Notes under the pieces: generated by a model
Told to the model about the DNA's origin: nothing
Seen by the model: the letters and a program-made list of their open reading frames with translations, nothing else
Database searches by the model: none
NCBI RefSeq assembly: GCF_902459465.1
Contig: NC_047067.1
Coordinates: 16,554,001-16,618,000, forward strand
Reading direction: 5' to 3'
Length of the DNA: 64,000 bases
Source: Asterias rubens
Taxonomy: Eukaryota
In this document: in pieces, positions 50,263 to 63,242 of the stretch
Numbering within the stretch: position 1 is the first letter of the stretch
Layout: the number at the start of each line of letters is the position of its first letter
Program-made: the position numbers and the translations under genes

Positions 50263-52301
50263 TTGGCGACGCAATTTTGTATTATTTATTTATTTATTTT
50301 TTTTTTTCTTCTCCTATAAATAGCTTTGTTTTTAGTCTATTTTCAAGGCGTTTTCAACCAACATTTCTTTTCCGGTTAGTTAGTCTCCTCTTCAGTCGTC
50401 ATTATGCATAAGGCTCCAACCACAACAGCTATTTTGACAATCTATACATCATATGAAAGGGCTTTAAGTACGTAGTCTGTTTTCAAGGTGTTTTCAACAA
50501 ACATTTCCCTTCCGGTTAGTTAGTCTCTTCTCCAGTCGTCTTTATGCATAAGTTCCTATGCCCTCAACCAAAAGCTATTTTGACAATCTACATCATATGA
50601 AAGGGCTTTACGTACGTAGTCTGTTTTCAAGGCGTTTTCAACAAAAATTTTCCTTCCGGTTAGTTAGTCTCTTCTCCAGTCGTCATTATTCATCAGTTCA
50701 CATTTCCTCGACCACAAAAGCTATTTTGACAATCTATACATCATATGAAAGGGCCTCACGTACTTCACAAAAATGGGTACGTTGGTGACCTTCTCTTGAC
50801 ACTATATCTAGTTAGGTGTTCGGGTATACATCATATGAAAGGGCCTTACGTACTTCACAAAAATGGGTATGTTGGTGACCTTCTCTTGACCTTTTGACCT
50901 TTCTAAACCGGAAGTACACGCAGAATGCTTTGAAAAGGCGTTAATTAATGGCTTTTAGGTTGAAATGTACACTTTTTGATGCTTTACCATAAAATTATTA
51001 CACATCGAGAAAACTGTTTGGTTTTGATTTCTTTGCAATTTGACGAGCTATAAACACTTTTTTCATTGATCCAAACACTGACCCAACAATAGCCGAACAC
51101 CTAGTGTTTGTTTCTACAAACACTATATGGGTGTGTTCCTATGCATTGGTTTTTTTTCATCAAGTTCTTGAAGCTATACCTTTCCAGGTTTTCTGTTCAA
51201 GTTTGGAAATAATGGAGCAACAATCAATGTCGGGCTGGAAACTTTGTGTTTGGAGTAGCACTTTATATTTATTTATAGGACTAACAACAGCTTGCTTCTA
51301 TTTCTAGTTTTGTTTTTAATTTCTATTTCTAGTTGCCCCCACCTCCAAAAAACAACCGCAATATGTGGAGTTATTGGTTGATATTGTGCCTTCATTTTCA
51401 AAAAAGGTCCGTAAAATTATAAAGAAAGAAGAAAGCCACACAAATTTAAAGTGCAATAAAGGACAAATTTTCATTTGGCCTTCATTTGCCAAAAATGTCA
51501 ACTCCCCACCTCGCTGCACAACGGGCATCGCTAATACACTAATTTAGGCCTACATCTTCTTTTTTGTCCCCCCCCCCCTCAGCTCTAGCAATTTGGGTAA
51601 TATCAGTACAAGGTGTGACCTACACATAAGCTTAGAACAAAGCATATGCAACATTACACAACAGTTTTACATTAAACTTGCAGGGTTTGAAGATAATGAT
51701 AGTGGAAAGCTTCCCTTCAAATATTACTTACTAAGGTTCTGTAGTTTTTGAGAAATGAGTAAGACAAGTCGCCAAATAATTTTTGTCTCAGTGAGACAAA
51801 ACTTAGTTAGCATGTAAAATCCCATTAACTAGTTATGATTTTATAACTGGTAAATACGTTTTTACATGCTAAAACTGAGACAAAACTTATGTGTTTTACT
51901 TCTTTCTCAAAAACTAAAGCACCTTAGTAAGTAAAATTTCAAGAGAAGCTTTTTACTGTGATTATCTTCAAACTGTGTTAGTTTAATGTAAATCTGTGGA
52001 CATGGTATTTTGTGCTAGGAAAAAGTACACAGACCCTTAAAAGAGATAACAATTATATATATACAACATAAAAAAATAAGTGCGCGAAGTTGCAATGAAA
52101 TTAACAGGGATATAAATACGCGTGCGATACAGTGCAACGCGCAAGGTTTACACAATGTATGCTGATTTAGTGGCCACTTATTCGCTATTTTCCAAAGCCG
52201 GTCTTTATACCACCGTTAACACTCCCACCTGTGACCGGGTTTTGACCAATCAGAGACTTGAAACCGTCCAAGGTATTTATTAATAGATTTTAATAGTAAA
52301 A

Positions 52302-53277
52302 CCCTTTAGTACCCATGCAATATTAAACATAACGCTATACGCTCCTCTGTGCGCCATGAAAATTCAATTGATTTCCGGCCATATCCAGAAATCTATACTA
52401 TAATACATAAAATCGTGTGGGTGCCGCCATTGTTGTTTTGGGCGCTGCCAATTTGTTTTCACTTCAAGTGGTGCCCGCACCCTGTCGAAATGATGCGTCC
52501 CGGGGTCAATTTCGGGGTACCTTTGGGTTGGGGGTTTGTGTTGTTTGTGACGTCACAGTCAAAGCGTGACCGTGTAGTAACTACCCTCAAGTTTAAGGGG
52601 GCTGCGTTACCCGTCAGGCACCCTTTGTGATGTCACAGTCATCATAGCGTGAGTGTCCAGTAACTTTGCACATACAGGGGAAGCAAATATTATTGCACGT
52701 GATCATTACGAGGATCACAGCGGAGGCGCGATGAACGTGTGGGTTAAGAGCACGTTGGACAGGGAAAGGTCGGCACACATTGGCACGTCTTTGGAACGGG
52801 GAACGGGGGACGGGGAACGGCAAAAGTGACGGATAAAATGAACAGGGCTGGGGTAGGGAAATGCAAACATGAAAAGGGACTATGAAGATATGGGATTTTG
52901 GAAAAGAAAATATTAAGCTGAACAAACTGGGGAAAATCAAACCGTAAGAATGGGGGTAGCGCCACTATAAGCGGGACCCGTGCAAAATTGGAAAACATCA
53001 GAACGGGGGATCACGAAACTGAAAAAGAGGATTATGGGATGGGGAGAGGGAATTGGAGCACACAGTGGGACTAGGGAGTGGTGGATCAGCAAAATCAATG
53101 ACGGGAAAAAAATTAATGGGGCTGGGAATGTAATAAGGGAAAGAAAAAACGGCTGTTTGCTGCATTTTAATCGCATGTCTATAACTCAAAATACACCATG
53201 TCAAACTGCGTGGGTGCGTGCGGGCGGTATGCGTGGTAATATGCAGGGCGACTCCGGGCGGTATGCGTGCTAAAGGG
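52302..53277. mobile_element. piggyBac-like non-autonomous element
   Basis: CCCTTTAGTACCC / GCGTGCTAAAGGG|TTAA; the left TTAA is degenerate. Confidence 0.5.
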
Positions 53278-53759
53278 TTAAAAGCATTTCACCTGGTACA
53301 GGGATTAGATTTTTCATTTTTCAAATATGAAACTTAAACTTCCTGATTAGACTGTAAGTTGAGGTCGAATGGGGTCACACACCGTGCACTGTGTAGTGTT
53401 TGTTACATTTTTTGAAAACAAGATAATTTTCAAACCCAGCATTTGGCCTGTGTAGGAGTTGTTATTTTTTGAAAATGTGCCGTTTAAACCGTAAATAAGG
53501 TCAAATGTGTTCCACTTCTTTGTAGCTTTTTTGTTGACACTTATATGAACAAATCCAATGTTTGGTTCAGGTATTATGATTGTTTTGAAATAAATAATAA
53601 GTTAATAATATACAGCATTTATTTAGCGCTTCATACATCGTGTTTCTTAGTGCTTTACAAAAACAATAGGAATAAACAACAAAGAAAGAGCAAACATAAA
53701 TTAAATTTTATCTTCTTGTTTAAACCGGAAGTCATGGTAATCAATTCACGCGCTATCTA

Positions 53760-55470
53760 GAAGCTCGAGCCTGCTCTGATTTTTCTCCAGATGTTCTGGT
53801 CCAGCATGCAGGAGCGTAGTTCCTCAGCGCTGGTCAAGCCAGTGTCTCGCTTCAGTGTGTCTACAAAGGAGAGACATCTTCTCCCACGCGAAGCCTTGCC
53901 TTGGGTGGGCTCCCAGAGGACGGTTGGGCAAGCGGCAAGCTCCGAGTGGCAGACACAGTGCCCAGCAAGCTTGAGGCGGCGCTCACGGATCTTCTCTAAA
54001 TTCTTTGGCCAGCCAGCAGAATGGAGTTTCTCATGTGGTCCCGCCAGAGGATGTTGAGGGCCATACGCAGCATCCTGGGGCCGATTTCACTAACGTCTAT
54101 GTTTGCGATCATCGCTAACACACTTGCGATGAGATCGCAAACCTCAAATCCATCGCAATTGCGATGTCGCTAATTCTGCGTTTCACTAAAGTCATCGCAA
54201 TTGCGATGACGTTATAAGGGAAATAAAGTTTTTGTACGAGGCAAAAAGTAGTGACCTTTGACATCCCGCGACAAAATCGTCGGTCGTCGCTCGAAATGAA
54301 ATGGCATTGTGCAGTTTATATGTAAATCGTTGTCATGTTGGTGCACCCGAACTATTGTGGACGATGTTTAGGCATTCATTTACAAAGGGTTAAAGCATTT
54401 ATAGGCCTATGGCCTCTATTATAATTTTAGATTTTAATAAACAGTTTTCGTAAATCTGTTGTAACGGTGGGATTGATGAAAATTCTGACATATCTGTCTA
54501 ATAATACTAAGCTTAACACTGTCAATTTGCCAATACATTACACATTTTTTCTAAAAATGATGGTTAAAATAATCGAACCCATATAGTATCTACTTTTTAC
54601 CGATATTAAGGGGCTCTTTGCTGCAGTTGCGTCGCTGATAGTTGTCATCAGCAATCTGAGTCTACCAGGTAAAAGACCGCAAGACTAAAATAATGTACAT
54701 GTAGCGCCACTCATTTTACTCTAAATCACGGACAATTTATACGTCAAAACGTACACCGCTATAGCTATAAGCACAGAATGGCGCAATGTATCATAAGTTT
54801 GCGATGAACTTTTACTTTGCGACCACTAACATGTCATCGCAAGATTGTCATCGCTAAATAAAACTTTGCGACGAGTATATTCATCGTTGAGTTTTAGTGA
54901 AATCGTCGGCTAAAAATCCATCGCTAAGTTGCGATGGATTTTAGATTTAGCGATCGATTTCAGCGTTTGCGATGACCAAAACGCGTTAGTGAAATCGACC
55001 CCTGGTGTAACAACCATCCAGAGACTTCTCCATCCTGGTGGTGAGGGTCCAGGTCTCAGCTCCGTAAAGTAGCACTGACTCCACTGTTGCGACAAACAGC
55101 GACTTTTTCAGCTGTGCACTCAGCGTTGATGACCACACCTTTTTCATGCTGTGGAGCACAGACCACGCCTGTGCTTCAGGTCTTCAGGTCTTTTTCACTG
55201 GAGTTGATCCAGGATCCAAGGTATTTGAAGTCAGATTCAAAACAAAGAGTTGTGTAGTCATGGGTAACAGAGTCACATTCTGTGTACTGTTTCCTATAAA
55301 GTTGTTACACATTTTTTTAATAACGTCTGTCCCAACTTTGAGCATTCACCAATCTATGGCGTTTGATTCTGAAGGAATTGCACATCCAATGACCAAGGGC
55401 TCTGTGCAGTATTCACGGTCTGAGCCTAGTGTTCCCTAGTCACTGGGGGCTGAAGTTGAGGACGATTAAG
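53760..55470 (-). mobile_element. RTE-clade LINE 3' fragment split by a MITE
   Basis: DFKYLGSWI, VESVLLYGAETWTL, SLDGCYTR|MLR across the insertion. Confidence 0.85.
54078..55001. mobile_element. PIF/Harbinger-like MITE with CTG TSD
   Basis: CTG|GGGCCGATTTCACTAACG ... CGTTAGTGAAATCGACCC|CTG; the flanks rejoin into an RTE reading frame. Confidence 0.85.
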
Positions 55471-55496
55471 AAGTGGCGCAACACAGGCAATGACTA

Positions 55497-56400
55497 TCTG
55501 TTATGGAAACCAAGCCCAGGCTGGTTCAGTGTGACATGTTATGGAAACCTCGTTCAAACTGGTTTAGTGTGACATTTAATGGAAACCAAGCCCAGGCTGG
55601 TTCAGTGTGACATGTTATGGAAACCTCGTTCAAACTGGTTTAGTGTGACATTTAATGGAAACCAAGCCCAGGCTGGTTCAGTGTGACATGTTATGGAAAC
55701 CTCGTTCAAACTGGTTTAGTGTGACATTTAATGGAAACCAAGCCCAGGCTGGTTCAGTGTGACATGTTACGGAAACCAAGCCCAGGCTGGTTCAGTGTGA
55801 CATGTTATGGAAACCTCGTTCAAACTGGTTTAGTGTGACATTTAATGGAAACCAAGCCCAGGCTGGTTCAGTGTGACATGTTACGGAAACCAAGCCCAGG
55901 CTGGTTCAGTGTGACATGTTACGGAAACCAAGCCCAGGCTGGTTCAGTGACATGTTTCAGTGTGACATTTTATGGAAACCAAGCTAACAGGCTGGTTCAG
56001 TGTGACATGTTGTGGAAACCAAGTTCAGGCTGGTTCAGTGTGACATGTTATGGAAACCTCGTTCAAACTGGTTTAGTGTGACATTTAATGGAAACCAAGC
56101 CCAGGCTGGTTCAGTGTGACATGTTACGGAAACCAAGCCCAGGCTGGTTCAGTGTGACATGTTACGGAAACCAAGCCCAGGCTGCTTTAGTGACATGTTT
56201 CAGTGTGACATTTTATGGAAACTAAGCTAACAGGCTGGTTCAGTGTGACATGTTGTGGAAACCAAGTTCAGGCTGGTTCAGTGTGACATGTTGCGGAAAC
56301 CAAGCCCAGGCTGGTTCAGTGTGACATGTTATTGACACCTAGCCCAGGCTAGTTCAGTGTGACATGTTATGAATACCGAGCCGAGGCTGGTTTAGTGTTA
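55497..56400. repeat. 38-bp minisatellite, array 1 (two alternating variants)
   Basis: GGAAACCAAGCCCAGGCTGGTTCAGTGTGACATGTTAT alternating with GGAAACCTCGTTCAAACTGGTTTAGTGTGACATTTAAT. Confidence 0.95.
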
Positions 56401-56916
56401 TGGAAACTGAGCTTATAGCTTGTTCAGTTTGACATATTTATGGAAACAAAGCCAGGCTCGGTCGCACTAAATACCGACAATTCATGACAACTCACGACAA
56501 CTCACGCCAACAATTTTTAAATGAACTTAAACAGAACATTTGAACATAAGTCAACAGTTAAATATGTGCACAAGAGTCACATGCATCTAAATCATCTTCA
56601 AACTGTTGAAAAAGTTGTATTTTTAACTGTAAAAAATGTGTTTTTTATCCCGAATTTAGTAACGAACGGAAATATTCGCCATGTTGTCGTTTGACGTACT
56701 TGGACGATTCTATAACACTGCAGGGGGCAGGGGAATTTTCTGAGGGCTGAGTTGTATTTTTTTCTTTTTGGTTTTAGCTGCTGTGTTTTCTTTCTTGTTA
56801 GTAACTAAGTGCCACTCTGGAATTCGAAGTTAAAAGTGGAGATTTAAATATAATAATTTTTAAACTCCATGAGAGGCACATTAAATGGTAAATAATCATC
56901 TTGCATATTGCATCAC

Positions 56917-57690
56917 CCCCAGGCTGGTTCAGTGTGACATGTTATGGAAACCGAGCCCAGGCTGGTTCAGTGTGACATGTTATGGAAACCAAGCCCAGGC
57001 TGGTTCAGTGTGACATGTTATGGAAACCGAGCCCAGGCTGGTTCAGTGTGACATGTTATGGAAACCAAGCCCAGGCTGGTTCAGTGTGACATGTTATGGA
57101 AACCGAGCCCAGGCTGGTTCAGTGTGACATGTTATGGAAACCAAGCCCAGGCTGGTTCAGTGTGACATGTTATGGAAACCGAGCCCAGGCTGGTTCAGTG
57201 TGACATGTTATGGAAACCAAGCCCAGGCTGGTTCAGTGTGACATGTTATGGAAACCAAGCCCAGGCTGGTTCAGTGTGACATGTTATGGAAACCGAGCCC
57301 AGGCTGGTTCAGTGTGACATGTTATGGAAACCAAGCCCAGGCTGGTTCAGTGTGACATGTTATGGAAACCGAGCCCAGGCTGGTTCAGTGTGACATGTTA
57401 TGGAAACCAAGCCCAGGCTGGTTCAGTGTGACATGTTATGGAAACCAAGCCCAGGCTGGTTCAGTGTGACATGTTATGGAAACCGAGCCCAGGCTGGTTC
57501 AGTGTGACATGTTATGGAAACCAAGCCCAGGCTGGTTCAGTGTGACATGTTATGGAAACCAAGCCCAGGCTGGTTCAGTGTGACATGTTATGGAAACCAA
57601 GCCCAGGCTGGTTCAGTGTGACATGTTATGGAAACCAAGCCCAGGCTGGTTCAGTGTGACATGTTATGGAAACCAAGCTCAGGCTGGTTC
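56917..57690. repeat. 38-bp minisatellite, array 2 (about 20 near-identical units)
   Basis: Exact 38-bp period; A/G variant at one position. Confidence 0.97.
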
Positions 57691-57984
57691 CTTTTACTCT
57701 GCAAACTAACATGGTCAGCCATCACAAATTGGGGTGCCATGTTCGATCACGAACTATCGGGAAACCAGGCAATTTTGAGGCATATTTGTGTAGATCATTG
57801 TATTCTACTTTTAAAACATCTTTCTAACCATATATGTATGCATTTCTAAACAAACGGTTACAAACACTTTTTATAGACCATCTTGCTCGCTCCAAGGCAA
57901 CGTGTCCCTTTAATTTGTGTACATTGTCTTGGTAAGATCGACTTCTTTTGCTTTTATAATACATGTTATCTGTATTTTCTATAA

Positions 57985-60106
57985 AGGAACATTACAGAAT
58001 TGGTCTTTGCTAATAGAACAGTTGCTGGCTGTGTACTGTATTTTCCTGCAGATAAGACGCTCGGCGGACAAGGCGCAGGACCCTAAAATGACCCAAACAC
58101 ATTTCAAATGTCAGCAGACAAGGCGCACCGCCGCACAAGGTGCATGTTTAACTGCACACAAAAGAACACCGGGCGCCACCCGGTGTCGGTACATTGACAC
58201 AAAGACGTAATTTTGTTGCCTTTTAGAACCTACATGTACGTATACCGACCTTCATCCAATCAGCCAACGCTGTCTATTGTTATAACATAAAGTCTGGGCC
58301 ATTCAGCAGGCAGAAACCATGGTCCACGCACTGTCTGAAGTTAATTTTATTTGCAACATGAACCCAGGCTCTCCCTGTACGTCCCACAACGAGGAGCCTT
58401 GCTGATACAGATAACATTGCAACGACAGACGGACGTAGCTTGTGTGTAGTAATGTATCATGCACATTATGCACATGTACACTTGCGAGTTCGTAAAGCTA
58501 GCAATCTGTTGATTGCGCTGCTCAATCTCGAGATTGCACAACAGATGTTGGGGGCATGTGAGCACCGTATTGAGCGATGTTCGCCGACGGGTTGCGCTAC
58601 GCCCTGGAAATGCGCTAAAATTCCCACGTGACTGTACGGATCCCAAGCATACCCAGACACGTCGAGTCTTGTCTCAATGCGTTTATTGCTGGTTTTACCA
58701 ATAGAGGGCGTTTAATCTCACGCTATTACTTTGTTCCAAAACACCCTCTAGCGTTCAATGTTTCTTGTATTTATTGTCACACGCAAAGTAACAATGACTA
58801 CAGGCGTGATTTGCTTTTACAGACCTCGGAACGGTTGCGTTTTGGGGCTTATTTTCTGCGTCATTTTAAGAGATTTTCGAGTCGAACTTGGACATCGTTG
58901 ATTTTACAGGCAATTTACATGCAAGGGCAAACATGATTTTAACAATCGTTCCTACGCGAAGTTTTGAAGCAATAAAATAATTCAATAAAATAAAATGTGT
59001 TTTCGTCCCTACCGACCCTCTAATTTTGTTGGCCAGTGTAAGCACACATATTATTTTAATTTGGCCTTACAAACAAATACAAGTCGTATCCTTCTATTAT
59101 ACATGTAGTAAGATAATGCTACATTCCCATAATACTTTTTAAAGCAAACGTCTAAAAAGAGGCAACAAATAAATAAACGATTTGAACGTTTATTGTAACA
59201 ATATAAAACTCTTGTCCTACCAAAGATGACAGTTACATGTAAGTTCCCAAATCACTTATCAATCACAAAGGTCTAAAATAGGCAAATACAAAAATAAATT
59301 ATTACCCCATCCTTTTAATACGTTAAGCCTAAAGCACACTTCAGAGATCATTAATATTCTCTACAATAAAAACCCTCAAAGTTTACCACACAATAGCGGT
59401 TGGGTGAATGACGTTTGAATGTATGAAGTTATTGACTGTCAATTGTTTTCGGAACGAACACCTGGTCACACAGAAAAACGTTTGTACAATGCCGACGTGT
59501 GTTGGACCGAAAGCTAGACGCATTGCGGCATTGTTGGAATGAAAGCATGGTCATGGGGAATAAACACGTTGCAGCATTGTTGGAATAAAAGGACCGTCTG
59601 GGGGATTGCAGCATTGTTCGAACGAAAATACGGTCTCAGTGTCTGAATAGCCTTGTTTGACCGCATTATTGAGTAAGGATTCTTCACACAAAGACCGTTG
59701 ATTTGAACTGGACAAGAAGGTATTTTTTTTATTTCACGCAGTGATCATAAAAAAAATCAATCGTCAGCAGACAAGGCGCACCGAAAGATAAGACGCACCA
59801 ATGTTTTTGGGGCTTAAAAAGTCAGATAAGACGCGTCTTATCCGCAGGAAAATATGGTAAGCACTTTATGTAATCCACCATATTATACATAAACTGACAA
59901 ACCTGTAGAAGTTTGAGATCGATCGGCCATCTGGGTCACGAGAGAATAGTGAAAACCGATTACAAATTTTGCCATGCATCGATGCCAACATAAAAATGAA
60001 TAAAACGCTTACTGAGCGATTAACTCCAAACGAGAAGTTAGATTATTTATTTCTTATCTAATATGACATTTCAGACAAAAATATTTCAAGGGATGTTTTA
60101 GGGATG
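57985..60106. mobile_element. Kolobok-like MITE hosting a Tc1/mariner element
   Basis: AGGAACATTACAGAATTGG start; sequence resumes at 59860 as in the 46607 copy. Confidence 0.6.
58036..59857. mobile_element. Non-autonomous Tc1/mariner (pogo-like) element, TA TSD
   Basis: TA|CTGTATTTTCCTGCAGATAAGACGC ... GCGTCTTATCCGCAGGAAAATATGG|TA; empty site seen in the 46607 copy; no transposase found. Confidence 0.8.
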
Positions 60107-60626
60107 ATATAAAGTCTGGCGACTGAATCGGCATAAGGAGTATACATGTACAACTTGGAGTTGTGACGTTCTAACCTTGTTCATCACTTTGTATTTTAAC
60201 CAAGCAAGCTGAATTTATCCCCGAAAGTTTGAGGGTTCTGAAGCTTGGTGAAATTTAAGGTAGTGTGTCATGGCTATATTTGAGAAAATTTTTAAACACA
60301 TTTTTATTAAAATTCATTCTTGACCAATACAATAAAATTATTGATAGTGAAATAGTTGAAAAGTTGAGTGAATGCACTGAAGTGAATGTCGTCCGCGACA
60401 GAATCATTAAGTCTGGTTCCCAACATATAAGTCGCCCACGATTAGCTGTTATGAGAGGCAGAAGCAAGATGTAAGTTTCATTTATTAAATTGGCCCATTA
60501 ACATGGATAGAAAATAACCAATAAATCGCGTACAAGTGACGAGCGGCGAGGGGCAAAGCTAGCACTGCAGCAGAATTTCGTTCTCAAATGTACAGTTTTT
60601 TAAAACTTTAGGAAGGTAAAGGTCAG

Positions 60627-61466
60627 CTCGGTAAAATTATCAAGAACCAGGCCTCGCGTCTCGGTAAAATTATCAAGAACCAGGCCTCGCGTCTCGGTAA
60701 AATTATCAAGAACCAGGCCTCGCGCCTCGGTAAAATTATCAAGAACCAGGCCTCGCGTCTCGGTAAAATTATCAAGAACCAGGCCTTGCTCCCGGTAAAA
60801 TTATCAAGAACCAGGCCTCGCTCCTGGTAAAATTATCAAGAAACAGGCCTCGCGTCTCGGTAAAATTATCAAGAACCAGGCCTCGCTCCCGGTAAAATTA
60901 TCAAGAACCAGGCCTCGCGTCTCGGTAAAATTATCAAGAACCAGGCCTCGCGTCTCGGTAAAATTATCAAGAACCAGGCCTTGCGTTTCGGTAAAATTAT
61001 CAAGAACCAGGCCTCGCTCCCGGTAAAATTATCAAGAACCAGGTCTCGGTAAAATTATCAAGAACCAGGCCTCGCTCCCGGTAAAATTATCAAGAACCAG
61101 GCCTCGCGTCTCGGTAGAATTATCAAGAACCAGGCCTCGCGTCTCGGTAAAATTATCAAGAACCAGGCCTCGCGTCTCGGTAAAATTATCAAGAACCAGG
61201 CCTCGTGTCTCGGTAAAATTATCAAGAACCAGGCCTCGCTCCCGGTAAAATTATCAAAAACCAGGCCTTGCGTCTTGGTAAAATTATCAAGAACCAGGCC
61301 TCGCTCCCGGTAAAATTATCAAGAACCAGGCCTCACGTCTCGGTAAAATTATCAAGAACCAGGCCTCGCGTCTTGGTAAAATTATCAAGAACCAGGCCTC
61401 GCTCCCGGTAAAATTATCAAGAACCAGGCCTCGCGTCTCGGTAAAATTATCAAGAACCAGGCCTCG
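60627..61466. repeat. 33/32-bp minisatellite, about 25 units
   Basis: CTCGGTAAAATTATCAAGAACCAGGCCTCGCGT, with CTCC variants. Confidence 0.97.
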
Positions 61467-62928
61467 GCGGGTTTAAACCACTAGCTTAAAACCTCTTCAC
61501 TACACATTGATTCCCCTTATTATTAGCTGTTTTGCAGCACAGCGAAACAGCTTCTTGCTTTATTTTCAAAATAATTCAAAAGTAATAAAAATAATTGTTG
61601 TAATTCATAAGTGGCAAAAGTTATGAAGTTGCTTTTTCTGATGTTAGTGTCTGGCAAGGGTTGGCAGTTTTCACAAAAATACTGATAACGTCCTGATACA
61701 CAAGAGGGCCTTCTACTAGCGGCAGGTTGAAAACTCTTCAAAATGGACTTTTTGAAGATGTGTGTGGTGAAGTTCTTTGTAATCACTGTAATATTTACAC
61801 ACCTGTTGATCCTCAGGCAGGCAGCATGTGTGTGTGAAGTTCCAGATCAATGACATCATCAGAGGTCACGTTATGTAACATAAAAGGTGCACTGTTTGAA
61901 GTAGTATAACTCCCGAAGTGTTGGTGCGATCACGTTGAAACAAAATAGGTTGTTAGATATTGGTACATACGTGTAAGTTCCTGTAAATAATGAAATGACG
62001 TTATGATGATGTCGTCACAAACAAATTAATGATAATTTAAATGTTTTGCACATTTAAGTCATAAATTGCTAGCTGAGCGTGGTACAAACCAAATTCTTTT
62101 TTAAAATAATAATAACTGGAGATAGTGATTGTAAAAAATCACACAGCTGTTTCCGAATGTTTTGTTAATAAAAGTTTTCTATGCTACAATAAAACGCACA
62201 CATTACAACTGTATGACATGTGATTACCTGGTCTCGTATCTGATCGCGCACTGGATTTTTCTACTATGACGTCAGTATCGGTAACTGAGTGACACGCGGC
62301 GCAGTGCACCTTTTACCGCATACATTCTGCAGTTGCTTTGTAGATTGGTTCCGCAGTTTTTCCTAGCTCGACGGCGGCAAACATGACAATCTTTTTTCCT
62401 TCTAGACAGACTTGGCGCTGCGCGCTCGTGTTGTGTGCTACGCACACAATGTTTCTATTTTTTGTAGTGATTTTAGGTTGCACTCCCACTTTTTCAGTTT
62501 GCACTCCCACTTTCCAAATTCCTGGCTAAGACACTGTTTTGTACACAAAAAATAAAGCGCGCAAACGTATCCTGTCATGATGATGTGATTGAACATTTTA
62601 GGCCACAAACAGCATCTGTAATACAAGACAAGTCCATAACCAAACAAAAATTGGGATTGAATGTTTAATTCTTGAGATATGATGGGAACAATATTGCCTA
62701 ATTAAATATTCATACAGCTATCACGTGAATAATTAATTAAGAATGTTAATCTAATTAAATCTAAAAATTAAGTTAGGCCTTATGCTTTCATATGGTATAT
62801 TATTTGTCTTTTTCTGGTAATTCTAATTTGAAATTTGACAATTTTAAAACTCAAAATCGTAATGACTTGAAAGTCAATACGATATTGAGGAAAGAAAGAA
62901 TAATAATAGTAATAATAAAAACTTTAAC

Positions 62929-63120
62929 AAATCTGGACGATTACAATAGCTGTTCCAACGGAACTGTCGGAACAGCTAATAATAAAAAAATTAAAAATCT
63001 GGACGATTACAATAGCTGTTCCGACGGAACTGTCGGAACAGCTAATAATAATAAAAAAAAATTAAAATCTGGACGATTACAATAGCTGTTCCAACTGAAC
63101 TTCGGAACAGCTAATAATAA
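62929..63120. repeat. Three tandem 66-70-bp units, each with a strong hairpin
   Basis: TAGCTGTTCCGAC-GGAACT-GTCGGAACAGCTA. Confidence 0.9.
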
Positions 63121-63242
63121 AAACAATCTTGATATAGTGATTGTATACAATCACAAAGCTGTTCCTGAATGTTTTGTTAATAAAAGTTTTCTATGCTACA
63201 ATAAAACACACACATTACAACTCTATGACATTTGATTACCTG

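Larger units (their letters stand above)
49441..51105 (+). mobile_element. HINE family B copy 2
   Basis: Colinear and highly similar to 28469-29923. Confidence 0.75.

Noticed and set aside
51181-51260. Candidate next NSF exon after TTTCCAG
   Set aside because: The phase-2 frame hits a stop quickly and shows no VWIGIKKL-like motif
55497-57690. CRISPR-like appearance of 38-bp repeats
   Set aside because: Units are directly adjacent with no unique spacers, there are no cas genes, and the context is a eukaryotic intron
60627-61466. CRISPR-like appearance of 33-bp repeats
   Set aside because: Head-to-tail tandem array without spacers
62121-63242. Direct repeats as LTRs of a TRIM
   Set aside because: Only ~110 bp, diverged, no TG..CA ends, and no primer-binding site or polypurine tract seen
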